Assembly (NCBI GenBank): GCA_031835245.2
Contig: JAVKOQ020000018.1
Coordinates: 1-64,000, forward strand
Reading direction: 5' to 3'
Length of the DNA: 64,000 bases
Source of the DNA: Balamuthia mandrillaris
Taxonomy: Eukaryota
In this document: positions 36,542-49,762 of the stretch, piece after piece
Layout: the number at the start of each line of letters is the position of its first letter
Numbering within the stretch: position 1 is the first letter of the stretch
The notes under the pieces: generated by a model
The model's input: only the letters and a program-made list of their open reading frames with translations
Databases searched by the model: none
What the model was told of the DNA's origin: nothing
Program-made: the position numbers and the translations under genes

Positions 36542-39477
36542 TTATACGTCCTTTTTTTTATTTTCAAGTTTATCTTTTTTTACCTCCTCTTCATTCCTTC
36601 TTTTCTTTCTTCTGCCTTCGAAGAAGAACGAGAAGCAAACGAAGCAACAAGGCATACACTCGCTGCCCCAACTGCCTCGCTCGGCCTGCCCACGTATCGT
36701 CCTCCCCTCGGATCGCCGCTTCCAAAGCCAGCCTTGCGTTCCTCCTCGTAAACAGCAACAGCTTGAACATGGAGCCGAAGAAGATGGCCATGGCAGCGCC
36801 CGTAAATGTGATGACGTTGTAGGGCATGCTAAAGTCCGGAGTGGGAAGGTCCACCAGCAATCCATTCGTGTAATGGTACTCGTTCTTACCGTGCTGTGCA
36901 AAAGAAGCAAGAAATGCGGATGATGAAGGCAAGACCGGAACATCGCGAAGCAAGGGTCTTGCAGAAGAAGGAATGATGATGGAAGAGGAATTGGAAGGAG
37001 AGGAGTGAACACGAAGAACGGCGGTTCCAATGTCGAAGCCACGATGAGGGTCTGGTGGGAACTCAGTGAAGTGGAGGAAAGCTTTCTCAAAGTCAAAGGA
37101 TAGGATGAGGACGGTTCGTGGTGGAATGCTCATCGTAGCTTCGATGATGGCTGGCGAGCCTCTGTCTTCTCCTGGAATGAAGCTAAACTCTTGCAATTCT
37201 GGTTTTTGTTTTGTCGAAGAAAGAATCAAAAGAAATGAGTGACAATAAGAATAAGAAAAAAGAAGAAAGAAAAGAGAAACAATGAACAAAGCAAAAAAGG
37301 AAGTAACGATAAATAAAACAAGAAGAATGAGACACAAATCAGCTAGTAACAAACAAATATTAACAAACCTTGCAGCGGACGATCAACTGGAGTACCATTG
37401 ACAGCAAGAGAGAAGGTGTGGAAGTAAAGTCGAAGGTACCAAGGCACGGTTGAGAAGTAAGTCACCAAAACGGGATGGCTTCTCTCATTGACGAGGTCTA
37501 CATTGAGACCCTCTGACTCTGGTTCAGTGCCTTCTGTCAAGTATCGTCTTGCCGTGACACGATCGCGAAGAGAGTGGGAGGGGTGATGAATCTCAGAACA
37601 ACTGATGGTGGAGGATGGAGGTGGGGCTTGAGGAAGTAGGTCTTGTTCTTGCTCACCATCTTCTTCATTACCTGATTCCTTTTCGTTTTGTTCTTCCTTC
37701 TTTTCGGTAACATTTTGTTGATCTGGTTCTTGCTCTTGTTTTGGTTTTGTAAGTTCTTGTTCTTCTTTGTTTTCTGTAGATTGCTCTGATACTTTCGTTT
37801 CAACTTGACCGGTTTCTTGTTGTTCTGGTCGGTGTTCGTTTTCGGTCCTCTCCTTGTCTTCATTAAGTTTTTCGCCTTGTTCTCCTTTCTCTTGCTCTTC
37901 TTTCTCCGCAAGGACTTGTTGCGCTGCTTGTCCATTTTGTTGATCTCGTTTTTGTTGACTTTCTTCTTGTTGTGGCTGTGCTATTTCTTCTTCCTTCTGA
38001 ATGACTTGGTTCTCCGGTTCATGCTCTTGTTCTTTCTTTTCGTCAGTAGAAACGATTGGTTGATAAGAAGCTTCCTCTGTGGAAGGAGCAACACCAACTT
38101 CCTTCTGCACTGTTTCCGTTACATCTTCTTTGGATGGAGCATCTGTATCTTCGTTTTCTTCTTTCGATTCTTCCTTTTGCTTATCATCTTCATTGGTGCG
38201 TCTCAGCACGTCTCTGAGATTTCTAAACAAGGGCTTCGATTCTTCCTCTTCCTCTTCTGATGGTTCATCTTGTCTTTGTTCTGATTGTTGTTCTACTTCT
38301 TCCAGAGGAGGGTCACTCCAAAGAATTCGTAAATTGAAGACATTTTGGGAGTTGTGCAGAGTAGAAGAGTTAAACGCAACAAACCATGTATCGATGGTTT
38401 CCTCTTTTTCTTCATCTTCCTGTACTTCTTCATCAGGTTCAGCTTTTTCTTCGTCTTCTTCAGCTGCTGTTGGTGAGAGTACAGAAGAAAGCGATCCATC
38501 AACGCTATTGTAGAAGTAAGAAGGCGGAGGAATGAGAGTGAAGTTTCGATTAATAGCGTCCAGGTGAGACAAGTCCAAATAAACGGAGCTGGAGGCTGCC
38601 AATGGACATGCTTTCCAGCTTGTTATCTTGTTTATCTCGAATAGAGAAGATAAATGCCATTCTGTTGTTCGTATTCTTAGTTGCAAATGGAAATGAATGA
38701 ATTGACAAGACAAGAGAGGTGTTACCCCATTTGTTAGGATTGTAATGAAGGTGATGAAGAGAGGAGTCAATAACGACAGTTATTGTCTGAGTCAACTCCA
38801 GTTGTACAGATTCACATTCATTGTCCTATTGTTGTCAAAATATTAGGAATACCCAGCCAACAAGCGAACAAAGAGAGAGAGAGAGAGGAAAGTACTGGTT
38901 ATACCTTTTGAGAAGACGAAATGCAAACTGGACGCACATGAGCAGCAATTGAACGAAAGTGGCCCGCGGCTGACTTGAGAGGATCCCAAAGTGCCGCAAG
39001 TCCTGCCTAAACGATAGATGCAAGTCAGTATAGTAAAAAGGAGAAACAGAGAGAAAGAGCGAGAGAGAGAGAGAGAGAGAGCAGGACCTTGGTTCTACAA
39101 GGTAGGAGCTTGGACCAGGGAGTGAGGTTTTCTGTGCATGCTGGTTCACGCGGCAGAGAGCTGTATCTCAACTTTACATTGTCTGAGAATGGTATGGTAG
39201 CGCAACAGTGAGTGATGAAAAGTGATGCTGTAACTGAAACGCAGAGTGGAAGAATTACCAGAAGAAACGTTCAGAGACTCTGGCACAAAGGCAAAGCGAG
39301 GCTCGCATGTGTTCTTCACATCCATCAAGTTAAGAGAAGCACAAAATAAACCAGAGAGAGCGTGAGTGAGGCCTTTCCACTGTTCATCAACTCTTTTGTG
39401 ATTACCAAGTTAGTTTTGAACAGAGAGAGAGAGAGAGAGAGAAGAGAGAGAAGAGAGAGCAGAGAGACAGAGAGAGC

Positions 39478-39525
<48 letters not shown>

Positions 39526-40018
39526 GAGGCAGAGGCAGAGGCAGAGGCAGAGGCAGAGGCAGAGGCAGAGGCAGAGGCAGAGGCAGAGGCAGAGGCAGAG
39601 GCAGAGGCAGAGGCAGAGGCAGAGGCAGAGGCAGAGGCAGAGGCAGAGGCAGAGGCAGAGGCAGAGGCAGAGGCAGAGGCAGAGGCAGAGGCAGAGGCAG
39701 AGACAGAGACAGAGACAGAGACAGAGACAGAGAGAAGCACAGCAGAGAAAGGAAGAGCGCAACGAACGAAGTGGAAGGAATAGGACTGAGATAAGCCCAA
39801 AGCTGAGCGCCAACGGGAGCAGAGACCAAAGGAGGACCCCACTTGTGCTCCTGCCAACGTCCCTGCGTGAAGGTAAGGTGCAGCTCCTCCACGTTGTACT
39901 TGCGCACCAGTTGTCCCAATGTCTTGGGAAAGAGAGAGTAGTGTACTATTTGTTTGTTGGCATTGCTAAGTGAGACAACACATGAAAAGAAGAGAGGAGA
40001 AGGTGCAGAGAAGAAGTA

Positions 40019-40058
<40 letters not shown>

Positions 40059-40329
40059 TAAAGGTACCCCCACTGTCATGGGAAGGAGGCAACAAAGTGG
40101 TGAAATGCCAATGAGCAACAGTGTCGCCCTCTTTCAACGGCCGAAGCAACAGTTCTTCTCGAAAAGAGGTGTCAAAAGAGAAGGAAGAAGAAGAAGACGT
40201 AGAGGTGTCGATCTCCTCCCATACGTCGGTGGTCAACGCATGGCAAGGAAGGCTCGTCCGTGTCAAAACCACAAAGAAGAACAAGTACACTGCGCTTCCC
40301 ACTGGAAACGCACAAAAAGGGCGTCTCAT
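36542..40329 (-). CDS. PIGT: GPI transamidase subunit PIG-T/Gpi16, multi-exon
   Basis: Signal peptide, [70 protein letters not shown] plus C-terminal TM. Confidence 0.92.
39525..39700 (+). repeat. (AGAGGC)n intronic hexamer repeat
   Basis: Seen directly. Confidence 0.95.
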
Positions 40330-40581
40330 CCCACAAAAAAAAAAACAAAACAAAAAGGGTTGTTTGCTCTCTTCTCTTCTCTGCTTTTATTTTTCTTTCC
40401 ATTAATTAAAGAGAGCACAAAATCTGCAGCATCAAACATGAATTTCTGCAGCATTTGTGATCTATCACTTCCACCTCATAGAATATATTCTCTAAGAGGT
40501 TGCATGGTGTCGAGACCCTAGCTTCACGTCGACGAGATACGTTTCTACGAAATCTTTACTAATAGGAATCACATTTCTACG

Positions 40582-41919
40582 ATGTTGCCCCACAGCCAGC
40601 CGAAACCTAAGAGCCAAAAAATGCAAAAAGAAAAAAGCAAAGATGAGAGAGACCTCAACAACAACAACCACGAAAGCGAAGGCTTACCGGTGTTGGACGT
40701 GAGGAGGGTTAGAACTGGGTCCTATCCTGAAGAAGAGGGTGGCGTCCTTTTGCTCAACAAGCCCATCGGCATGACGCCGCTTCAGCTGATCCAATCTTTC
40801 CGCGCTCGCTGTCGACAAAAATTAGCAGACGAAAGCGAAGAGACGGAACCAACGAAGCAGCAGAAGAAGCACGAACAAGAGCCAAAGATAGGCTATGCAG
40901 GACGGTTGGACCCTATGGCGAGGGGATTGATGGTGTGCTTGGTCGGTGAGGCCAACCGACGACAAAAGCAGCACGAGCTGCTCACCAAGGACTACCAGTT
41001 CGACGTTCTGTTCGGCCTTTCAACGGACACATTCGACGTGTTGGGCCTTGTCGATGCTTCCTCCGAAAGTTGGATGGTTCGAACGTCTCGTCGACGACAA
41101 CAACAACTTCTTCAACAAGCACAACGACAGAAAAGAAACCAAAGAGCAAAGAAAAAGAGACGTATTGATGATGGGGAACAAAAGCAAAAACCAACTGGAG
41201 AGGCTGAGGAGGAAGAAGAGGAAGAACGAGAAGACGAATCGGACATGTGGAAGGAGACACAGTTACTGTCGGAGGAACGGATACGAAACATGCTGCCTTT
41301 GTTCATCGGCGAACGGAATCAAAAGTATCCTCCGTTCAGCTCCGTTCGGGTGAAAGGCAAACCGCTTTTTCACTGGGCCAAAATGGGAAAGGAGAAGTTG
41401 GAAGAGATGAGCCCTTTCGTTCCTTCCGTGCGAGTTACCGTCATGGACTTGAAGCTCCTGGATTGTTATTGGCTCGATTTGGAGACGTTGCAACGGATCG
41501 TTAGAGAACGCATAGGGAGTGTAAAGAGTTCTTCTTCCTCTTCTTCAGAGGAAACGTTTCGACAAACAGAAATACTTCAATCATGGAATGACCAAATCTT
41601 CACTCCTTTGGAACACCTTTTGCCAGAAGAGGAGGAAGAATACGAGAAGGAAAGAGGAGAACATAACACAGCAGAAAGCAGAAGAACTAAGCATTGGAGT
41701 TGGCCTGTCTTCCGAATGAAAGCGACGGTAACATCGGGAACATACATACGTTCACTCGCTGATGAAATGGGAAGAGCTTTATCGTTTCCTGAGGAAGAGG
41801 GTGAAGAACGAAGCGGAGGAGTTGGGGCTATTGCGTTTGATATTTATAGGACTCGAGTGGGTCAACACAATATTGATGATGCCCTTTCTCCTCCTTTCTT
41901 TGATGCTCCTTCAAAATGA
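40582..41919 (+). CDS. TruB-family tRNA pseudouridine synthase, intronless
   Basis: LLNKPIGMT, GYAGRLDPMARG (catalytic D), KDYQF..FGLSTDTFD, QKYPPFSSVRVKGKPL, VTSGTYIRSLADEMG, RTRVG. Confidence 0.88.
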   Translation: MLPHSQPKPKSQKMQKEKSKDERDLNNNNHESEGLPVLDVRRVRTGSYPEEEGGVLLLNKPIGMTPLQLIQSFRARCRQKLADESEETEPTKQQKKHEQEPKIGYAGRLDPMARGLMVCLVGEANRRQKQHELLTKDYQFDVLFGLSTDTFDVLGLVDASSESWMVRTSRRRQQQLLQQAQRQKRNQRAKKKRRIDDGEQKQKPTGEAEEEEEEEREDESDMWKETQLLSEERIRNMLPLFIGERNQKYPPFSSVRVKGKPLFHWAKMGKEKLEEMSPFVPSVRVTVMDLKLLDCYWLDLETLQRIVRERIGSVKSSSSSSSEETFRQTEILQSWNDQIFTPLEHLLPEEEEEYEKERGEHNTAESRRTKHWSWPVFRMKATVTSGTYIRSLADEMGRALSFPEEEGEERSGGVGAIAFDIYRTRVGQHNIDDALSPPFFDAPSK

Positions 41920-41956
41920 TGAACTGCTTTTTCTTGTTGCTTTGAAAAAAACATAT

Positions 41957-44900
41957 TTAATGCGAGAAAGAAGAAAGAGCAGGATACAACGGCATTCTCT
42001 TCTTGAAAATCGGTATGTCGTCGATCAGAACGGTCTTTGAGGAAGATAGTTTGACCTCTTCAACGACAGGGGAAGAAGAAGACTCTTCGCTCTTTGAAGT
42101 TTGTTGTTGAGGCGGAGGGGAGAGAATTTGGCTGCTAAACTTTCTTCTTTGAGGACCGATTATGTAGGTTTCGTAAAACTCTTTCAGCTCCTTTAGCGTT
42201 ATTTTCTGCAACTCTTCCACTTCTTTCACATCTTTGTTTCACACACGACAGAAAAGAAGACACCCAAGTTAACAACCGGACAAAAGACAGTCAGAAAGAT
42301 GAAAAAGAAAAAGAGACTAACCTTTGTCGAAAAAGTAAGAATGGTTGGTGATTTCAGCCCAATACCGACCAGACTGTTGGAACAACGTCTTGGCTTTCTC
42401 CAACTTTCTGGCGGCCAAGGCAGCTTTATGGTTCTGCCATTCCTTATTTTCTTCCTCGTTTTCATGCGATGAGCTTAACTTTTCCAACAGAGCAGAAGTC
42501 GTGTTGCTCAGAAACTCTTCCACTCGTTCATCCAAGAAGTTGGGGTCTTTCTCCGATTGAACGATGATGCGAAGACCGAAAGCGCCGTTCTCACGTTGCA
42601 CGCTAGAGTGCACTATATAGCCTAGTTGTTGCTTGGTGCGCAGCTCGTGGAAGAACGAGTCGCTGATGATTTGGCAAAACAGTTCTCTGCATAATTCCAA
42701 TATGGATAGAAAAGGATGGTGAGAAGAAAATGAACGAGCATATGAACGAGAACGAGAACGAGAACGAAAACGAGAAGAAGAAGAAGAAGAAGAAGAAGAA
42801 GAAGAAGAACAAGAAGATCAATTACTAACGATAAAACGGTTTTACGAATGGAATCAGCCTCTAGGCCAATCTGATAGTAGTTCGTGAGAGCGGTACCACT
42901 TTCATCTGGATTGGTGCCATTGCAGCGAAGCAGATACGATGTGTCGTGGCTCAACATGATGACTCGCCTTTCAGGCAACAAAGAAGGGTGCAGAGGTTTT
43001 AGTTTCAGAACCTCCCTTATCTCTTTGCTCAAGTCTAATGCTTCCTGTTTCATTTTTTTAGCATTTTCATTGAGAGGATGAGAGAACGGAGAGGAGAGGA
43101 GAAGAGAGAAAAGAGAATGAGGGCAGGATGAAGAAGCCAGATTACCTGTTTGGTAAGGTTGCCGTGAAACAGACACTCCACAAAGAGCCCAGACAAAAGT
43201 TGCGGCACAAACGCCTCCAGCTCTTTCGATGTTACGTCTATCGTTTTTCATGTCAGAATCACAAAACCTACAAACAAAAAGATAAGGAAGTGAAACCTTG
43301 AATTGCCTCAAGAAAGGAATCGCTATGCCAACGAAGGTGCTCCATGCACACATTCATGTTATACATGCTGTGCACATAAGGTTGCTCTGATCGAAATGCA
43401 CCATATGTCCTCGCCAACAAGTCCTTCAACGCCAAGAATCGATGCTCATCCTTGACCTCAAACTTGACCATCTTCTCCAAGATGCGCCTCAACAACAGGG
43501 CTTGCTTGTCGTTGAAGCCAGAGATAACGAGCTGCATGCCCACGATGGCAGCGTCCAGCTTGTAGAGCAGGCCAGCTAACTCCGCATCATAGGAGAACTC
43601 CGCCAGGGCGTCCATCAACAACTTGGTGAAAAGGGATGTGAGCACGTGATGACGAGGGGTGGCGTATGCCCATGGTGTGGCAAACTCGATGAGAATGTCA
43701 GCTTTGGGCAGTTTGAAGCGCTGCACTTCCTGTTTGTGCCACACTTTGGTGCGATCAGTGCATTCGATAAGTTCAGGAGGAGAGGGGGTGGAAGAAGTGT
43801 CGTTTTCAGAAGGCAAAGGTCTGAGAGAAAGATCTTCTGGAATGAATTCGTTTGGTCGAGGGAGAAAGAGTTCGGGATCGAGTTGTGGAGGATCTGACAA
43901 ACGATCCAAAAACGCAGAAGTTAATCTCTCCTCTATGTACTGTGTTCCATACCACTTTTCCTCTTTCATCTTTTGCTTGTCTTCTTCTTGAAAGTCTTTC
44001 GCCACAAGCCTCAATCGCATGTTCTTTGGTGTTAGGTATGTTGTTAGCGTTTCTTGGATGAGTTGAGGGTTGTACTCGTCAAACAACATGGGTCCTGCCA
44101 ATATCCATTCGGTCGGATATTGTTGCATACAGTTGGCAAGGAAGCAAACGTATTCAATGGGGTGGTGCTTGTCAGCGAAGCGAAACTCAATCTCGGCCAG
44201 CTTCTTGGATTCCTCAAAGATGTGCTGTTTAGGTCCTTCTGTGCGCAGCAATTTGATATATTGGAAAATGACATCTACCACTTGTTCCCATTCCTCTGTA
44301 TTATAAAAATATTATGGGTCAGTACCAAGGATGGAAAGAACGAAATAAAGAACGACTAAACATTTAGACAAGAGAAATAAGAAGAACACGTTCAGGTACC
44401 AAGGCCTTTGGGTGTAACGTCTATGCTAATCTTAAAAAGGGTAAAGTCAGCGGTAGTTCTATCAGGCCCAGCAATCAACCCGTTGCTCCATCCCTTTGCT
44501 TTCAACAAAGCAAGAATGCTTCCTGGCCCTATTTTTAATTTCCAGAATAAGAACAACATAAAGCAAGACAGAATAGAGAGCAGAACCTTCATGACCGATG
44601 AGGTGCGAAAGGTAAGAACACGGTTTCTGTCTGAAGAATGGTAGTTGAGTAGGCATTGGGAAAGTCAGCGAGATGCTGCGAATAGGTTTCACTGGCACCA
44701 CTTTTTGCAAGATCTATATAGAGGGTAATAGAAAACGAACCCGTCACCATGAAGAGGAAGAGAAAAATCATCAGATAAGAGGCAAAGAAACAAAGGAGTC
44801 TATACGTACTTGTAAATGTTCTTCTTCAAAAGGAATACCGTTGAACACCTGCTGTTCTCTGTTTGTGTTGACGATAGGAGAGAACATCTCAACCGCCCAT

Positions 44901-44977
44901 TTCTCCAAAATGTCTATTGGCTCTATAAAAAACAAAAACAAAGCATAAGATACGTTGAAATTTATATAAAAGACTTT

Positions 44978-45019
<42 letters not shown>

Positions 45020-45776
45020 TAGACAAACTAAAGAGGACGATAAATACTAACCTTTGCTCAGCAAAACAAGCTTCATATGATTCGCAGAGTAATACTTTTT
45101 ATGAAAGGCCAACAGCTCAGCTCGCAGATCAATGCTTGCTTCTTTGGTGGCATCTCGAAGGGTATAAAGATTTCCTTGTTGTTTTGTTGATGTTCGCGTC
45201 GTAATGAGAGGAGAATAAGAACAAGAAGAGAACGACGAAGAGACATACCTGTTGCAAACTTGTGAAAAGGGTGATTTGGACTATATAAAATTGGAGTGAA
45301 AATAAAAAAGTTTAGAGAAATACAATAGCTTTCTTTCCGTGTGACCAATCGTACCTAGCCGTCGATTTCATCAACTATTTACCCCAGGGAGAGTGAGTGA
45401 GAGAGAGAGAGAGAGAGAGAGAGAAAGCATAAGATAACAGCAACACTCCCTCGCCAACAAACTAAAAGGTGAAAAACAAACCTGGAACAGTCGGAAGACG
45501 TCGGCCTGAAGATTTTTGGTGTTCTCTGAGTCAACAGCATGCATTTCTCGGTCAGCCGCATCTTCCGTAAACAGCGGTGCTATGAAAAACTGTAGAACAA
45601 CAGAAGGTGTCATGAACTCTTTGCACTGTAATTATTTCTACTTTTCTTCTCTCATGTGCCCATTTTCTTTTCCATGTTTTCTCTTTCCTTCTCACTTGCT
45701 CTTTCTCTCTTTCTCTCTCGTGCTCAGTGAAGCGGTACGAACCTGCGCAAACCTGAAATAGCAGAAATGAGAGGGG

Positions 45777-45830
<54 letters not shown>

Positions 45831-46073
45831 AGAAGAAGCGGGAAGTATCGACGAACCTATCCAAAGCGCCTTGAAAATAGTCAGGAGTGACGTCGAAATA
45901 GTAGTTTGTGTTCTCCAGGTCAGTGTAGGCATTGCTAGACCCTCCGTGCTCTGCCAAATACGAAGAATAACTTTGTTCGTCGGGATACTGCCAGAAAGAG
46001 AACAGTGAACAAGAGAGAAGCAAATAAGCAGAGAAGCAGAAAAGCAGAGATGAGAGAAGCCGAGAGAGGGAGA

Positions 46074-46115
<42 letters not shown>

Positions 46116-46401
46116 CAAAGAGAAGAAGATAAGGAGAAACTAGAGCAGAGAAAGAATAGGATTAAAGTACCTTTTCAGTACCGAGGAACAACATGTGTTC
46201 CAAAAAGTGGGCCAAACCGGCAACACCGTCCGGGTCGGAAAAGGAGCCGACGTTGACGTTCATCGCTGCCGCGGCCTTGTCCGTCTCAGGATCGGAAACG
46301 AGCAACACTTGCAGCTCATTCGTGAGCACAACGGACTTGTAGCTGCGCTTGTCCTCCTCCGACCGGATGATACCCCTGGCAGCTCCCTCCTGCCCATTCA
46401 T
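41957..46401 (-). CDS. IDE: Insulysin / insulin-degrading enzyme (peptidase M16A), multi-exon
   Basis: [51 protein letters not shown], [14 protein letters not shown]. Confidence 0.93.
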
Positions 46402-47638
46402 TTTTTATTCGGCTTCTCGAAAGCTCTCACTTTTTCCTTCTGCTCGTGCTTAGCACTGTACGGCTAAAGCGGCTCAATGTTACTGAAAGTTTCAAACCAC
46501 CAATCAAAAATCAAAACAGAGGCTTAAACTTACCATAAAAATTGTTTTTTTTTGTCTCATCTCTGGCAGAGATCTTTCACGTCGACAAAAATTCAATGCT
46601 CCTGGAGCTTTACTGTGCGGCCCCTCGACCGAGGTGAATTATTTCTTAGAAAAATAACAGAAAAGGAAAAACAAAAAGAAAAGAAAAGAAACAACAGCAC
46701 TGCTGCCACGGCCGGCTCTCGCAAAAGAATGCAGCAACTTTCAACGCGTCCATTGCGGTAAGCTTTCAGTTTGCTCGCCAGTTGGAAAATGCAATTGTGT
46801 AGCGCTGGCGGTGGCTGATTTGCTGGTCCTCTTCGTTCTCGTTGGTTGGCGAAGATGCTTTCTCATGTTACTTCTTGCCACACTTCAGGTTCATGGCGTC
46901 AAGGCATTTGTTCACGTAGTCTCCTTGCTTCCAATTCCTCTGCCTTTTGCCTTTGCAGTATGCTAAGATGTTTTTGTCCAACTTATTCGTGACTATCGTC
47001 TCCTCAGTAACCTTAGCACCTCGATTGAACGTGCCAAAAGGAGACGGTTTTCGTCAGTTGTTGCATCGTTTCAAGGAACACGCTTCAATAAAGGAGTGGG
47101 CCGCTGCACGCGGCCCAAGGGCCACACGGGCTGCCAGCCCACCAGGCACAGCAGCCCCCGAGCAGCCACCACCTGCAGGTAGGTATATAATATCTACAAG
47201 AAAAAGAGTGGGCAGCCGACGCCTCAGCAACAAGTCGACAAATTTGTGTTTCCATGGTTTCAACGGGGTAGCTATGGATACTTGCCACGACAAAGGCTCG
47301 GCGGATCTGCAGATGAGTCAAACGGGATCAGCGGTTACCAACGGGACCTCGGAACCACAGTTCCGACAGCAGGTCGCCTTCCGAATGATGCTTGTCTTTG
47401 AGCTGCGGGGACCCGAGGTGGCCTTTCAAAAAGCTCTGGTGTGGTTTCATGATTCCGGTGTGGACACCAGGTCGGCTTTCCAACTTGACGACATCCGGTG
47501 AAGACCCTGGTGCTTGTTGGGTGTTGAGTCCAATGGAGGGAGGGAGAAGGTCATGGGGGTATAAATAAATCGCATTTGTTTTATATGTACACTCTTTGCT
47601 TAAACAAAATTTTTCACGTTCAACTCTGTGAATCAGTT

Positions 47639-47920
47639 CTAACGTTCCTCTGGGATGTCCTCTAGCATTGAACCCTTGATCATGGGGACGGACCTCCTCC
47701 GTGCCTGCAGGTGCTTTTTATCCGCCCGTTTTTGGCTTGGCAATTCCTCGTAAGATGTTGTCCACCGGTGTGTCCAGTGCATATCCCAAGGAGTCTTCCT
47801 CCGTAGCTCTCCTTCCAACCACTTGAGGTCCTGGGCAGATAGAGAGAATTCGATGTTGTGGTTCATCTCTTTTGAGTTAGCAAGAGCTACACATCCTCCC
47901 TTTGGGTCGCAGCTTGTCAT
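47639..47920 (-). CDS. Small hypothetical protein (93 aa)
   Basis: Clean ATG-to-stop ORF flanked by AT-rich spacers; no recognised motif. Confidence 0.35.
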   Translation of the reverse strand: MTSCDPKGGCVALANSKEMNHNIEFSLSAQDLKWLEGELRRKTPWDMHWTHRWTTSYEELPSQKRADKKHLQARRRSVPMIKGSMLEDIPEER

Positions 47921-48857
47921 TGTGTCTTGTGTTTGTGGTTGTGTTTGAAAATAAAAAAAGAAAAGAACGAATGAACTATTTATATGCAGCCCGATTCTTT
48001 GAAACGCCGTCCCGAGAGCTTTTTAGGCGTGGTAACAGTTCGCTATGAAGGAAACCCAGCCAGTCGCAGCTCTCCAAAGAAAGCTTTATCGGGTTACGAG
48101 AACTGATGTAATCATTCCGTTCGCTCTCCGACCCGAGAGCCGCGTCTTTCGTTTTGGAAAGTCGATCTGAACCTGGCGGCACAGTTCCGTCCCTTTGCCA
48201 ATATACAGGAGATCACTGCCTTACAAATGGGTCTCCTGTGGTCGTTCGGATAAACAAGCCTTTCCCCAACAACGCAGCTGCAGCAATTGTGTTCATAGTG
48301 AGCTTCTTTCCCTCTGTGCCCAAGGGGCACACAATGCCTATTTTTGGTAAAGATCAACTCATTTTTTTGATTTTCCATTGGTGCTCTGAAAAAACGATGC
48401 TGCGCTTCCAAGATGCACAGCCGTTGCAGCATTTGGCCTGGATATGTCGACAAAATTGCCACCTCTTCCTTTGCTGTTTGCCTCCTCAACATGGAGTGCC
48501 ACTTTAGGGAGGGCGATCGCTGAACGGGGGGCAGCGAGAGAGAGTTTTTTTAACTGCAAACAAAACAGAAGAAGGCCACCACCCCAGATTTCACTTCTTT
48601 TTTTTTTTTGTTTCAAATCTTCTTTGCCCCTCTCTTCTCTCTTTTCTTTTCTTTCCCCTTTTGCACACACAAGTTCTTTTGGGTTTGGTGGAAAGGGATC
48701 ATTAAGCCAAAAGGTTTGCTAGCACTCTGTCTGATTTTTCCAAACGTCTTTTCTGCCCTATTCTTTATTCTTTTACTGTCTTCGCTCTTCTCCTTCTTCT
48801 TGCTAATTCATCTCATCCATGTATGAACAGAGCCACGAAGGGAAACTACACACAAAA

Positions 48858-49722
48858 ATGAAGCTAGTTATAAAGACGTTAAAGCAAGAACAGTTCGACT
48901 TGGAGGTCCCTGCTGAGGCCACAGTACGCCTTTCTCGCAATTAAACATTTCCCCTCGTCTCTCTCCTCTATCTCTCTCTTTTCTCTATCTTATTCTCTTT
49001 TGTCGTTGTCCCCTTTCACAAACTTATAACTTGTTGCTCTTTTAAGGTTGCTGATGTAAAGAAGCAGATTGAGAGTTCACAAAAACACCCCGCCGCTTGG
49101 CAGAAGCTCATTTTCGCGGGCAAGATTCTGAACGACACTTCCAAACTGAATGAGTTCTCCATCAAAGAGGGTGACTTTTTGGTGTTGATGGTTCGCGAGG
49201 TATGATTCTTTTTTTTTCTTTCGTTCTTTCTTTTCCCTTCTCACTTTGGCTATCTATTCGCTCGCAACAACAGCCAAAGGGAGCTGCCGCTAAGCCAGCA
49301 GCCCCCACTGCCACTTCTACCCCTGCTACCACACCCGCTCCTTCTGCTACCACCACAACGTCGACGACAACTGCCACTACCCCTGCCCCTACCTCCACTC
49401 CCTCTACTCCCGCCCCTCAGTCTACACCTGCCGCACAAACAACCCCTGCTGCTCAGCCTCAGTACGTACTTTGTCACTCTCCTCATCCCTGTCTCTCGGT
49501 CTCTCGCTTTTTCCTTCTAACGAAATAACTTTAGGAGTGGGGATTCCTATTCCTCGGCTGCATCTGCCCTTGTGACCGGCTCTGAGCTTGAGGCTATGGT
49601 AACCAACATCATGGAAATGGGCTTCCCTCGCGAGGAAGTTCTCAGAGCCTTGCGTGCCAGCTTCAACAACCCCAACAGAGCCGTTGAATATCTTATGACC
49701 GTAAATTTTTACCCTCTCCTGC

Positions 49723-49762
<40 letters not shown>

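Noticed and set aside
46947..47501. 184-aa plus-strand ORF
   Set aside because: Non-ATG start and no recognisable motif; probably the shadow of the degenerate minus-strand frame.
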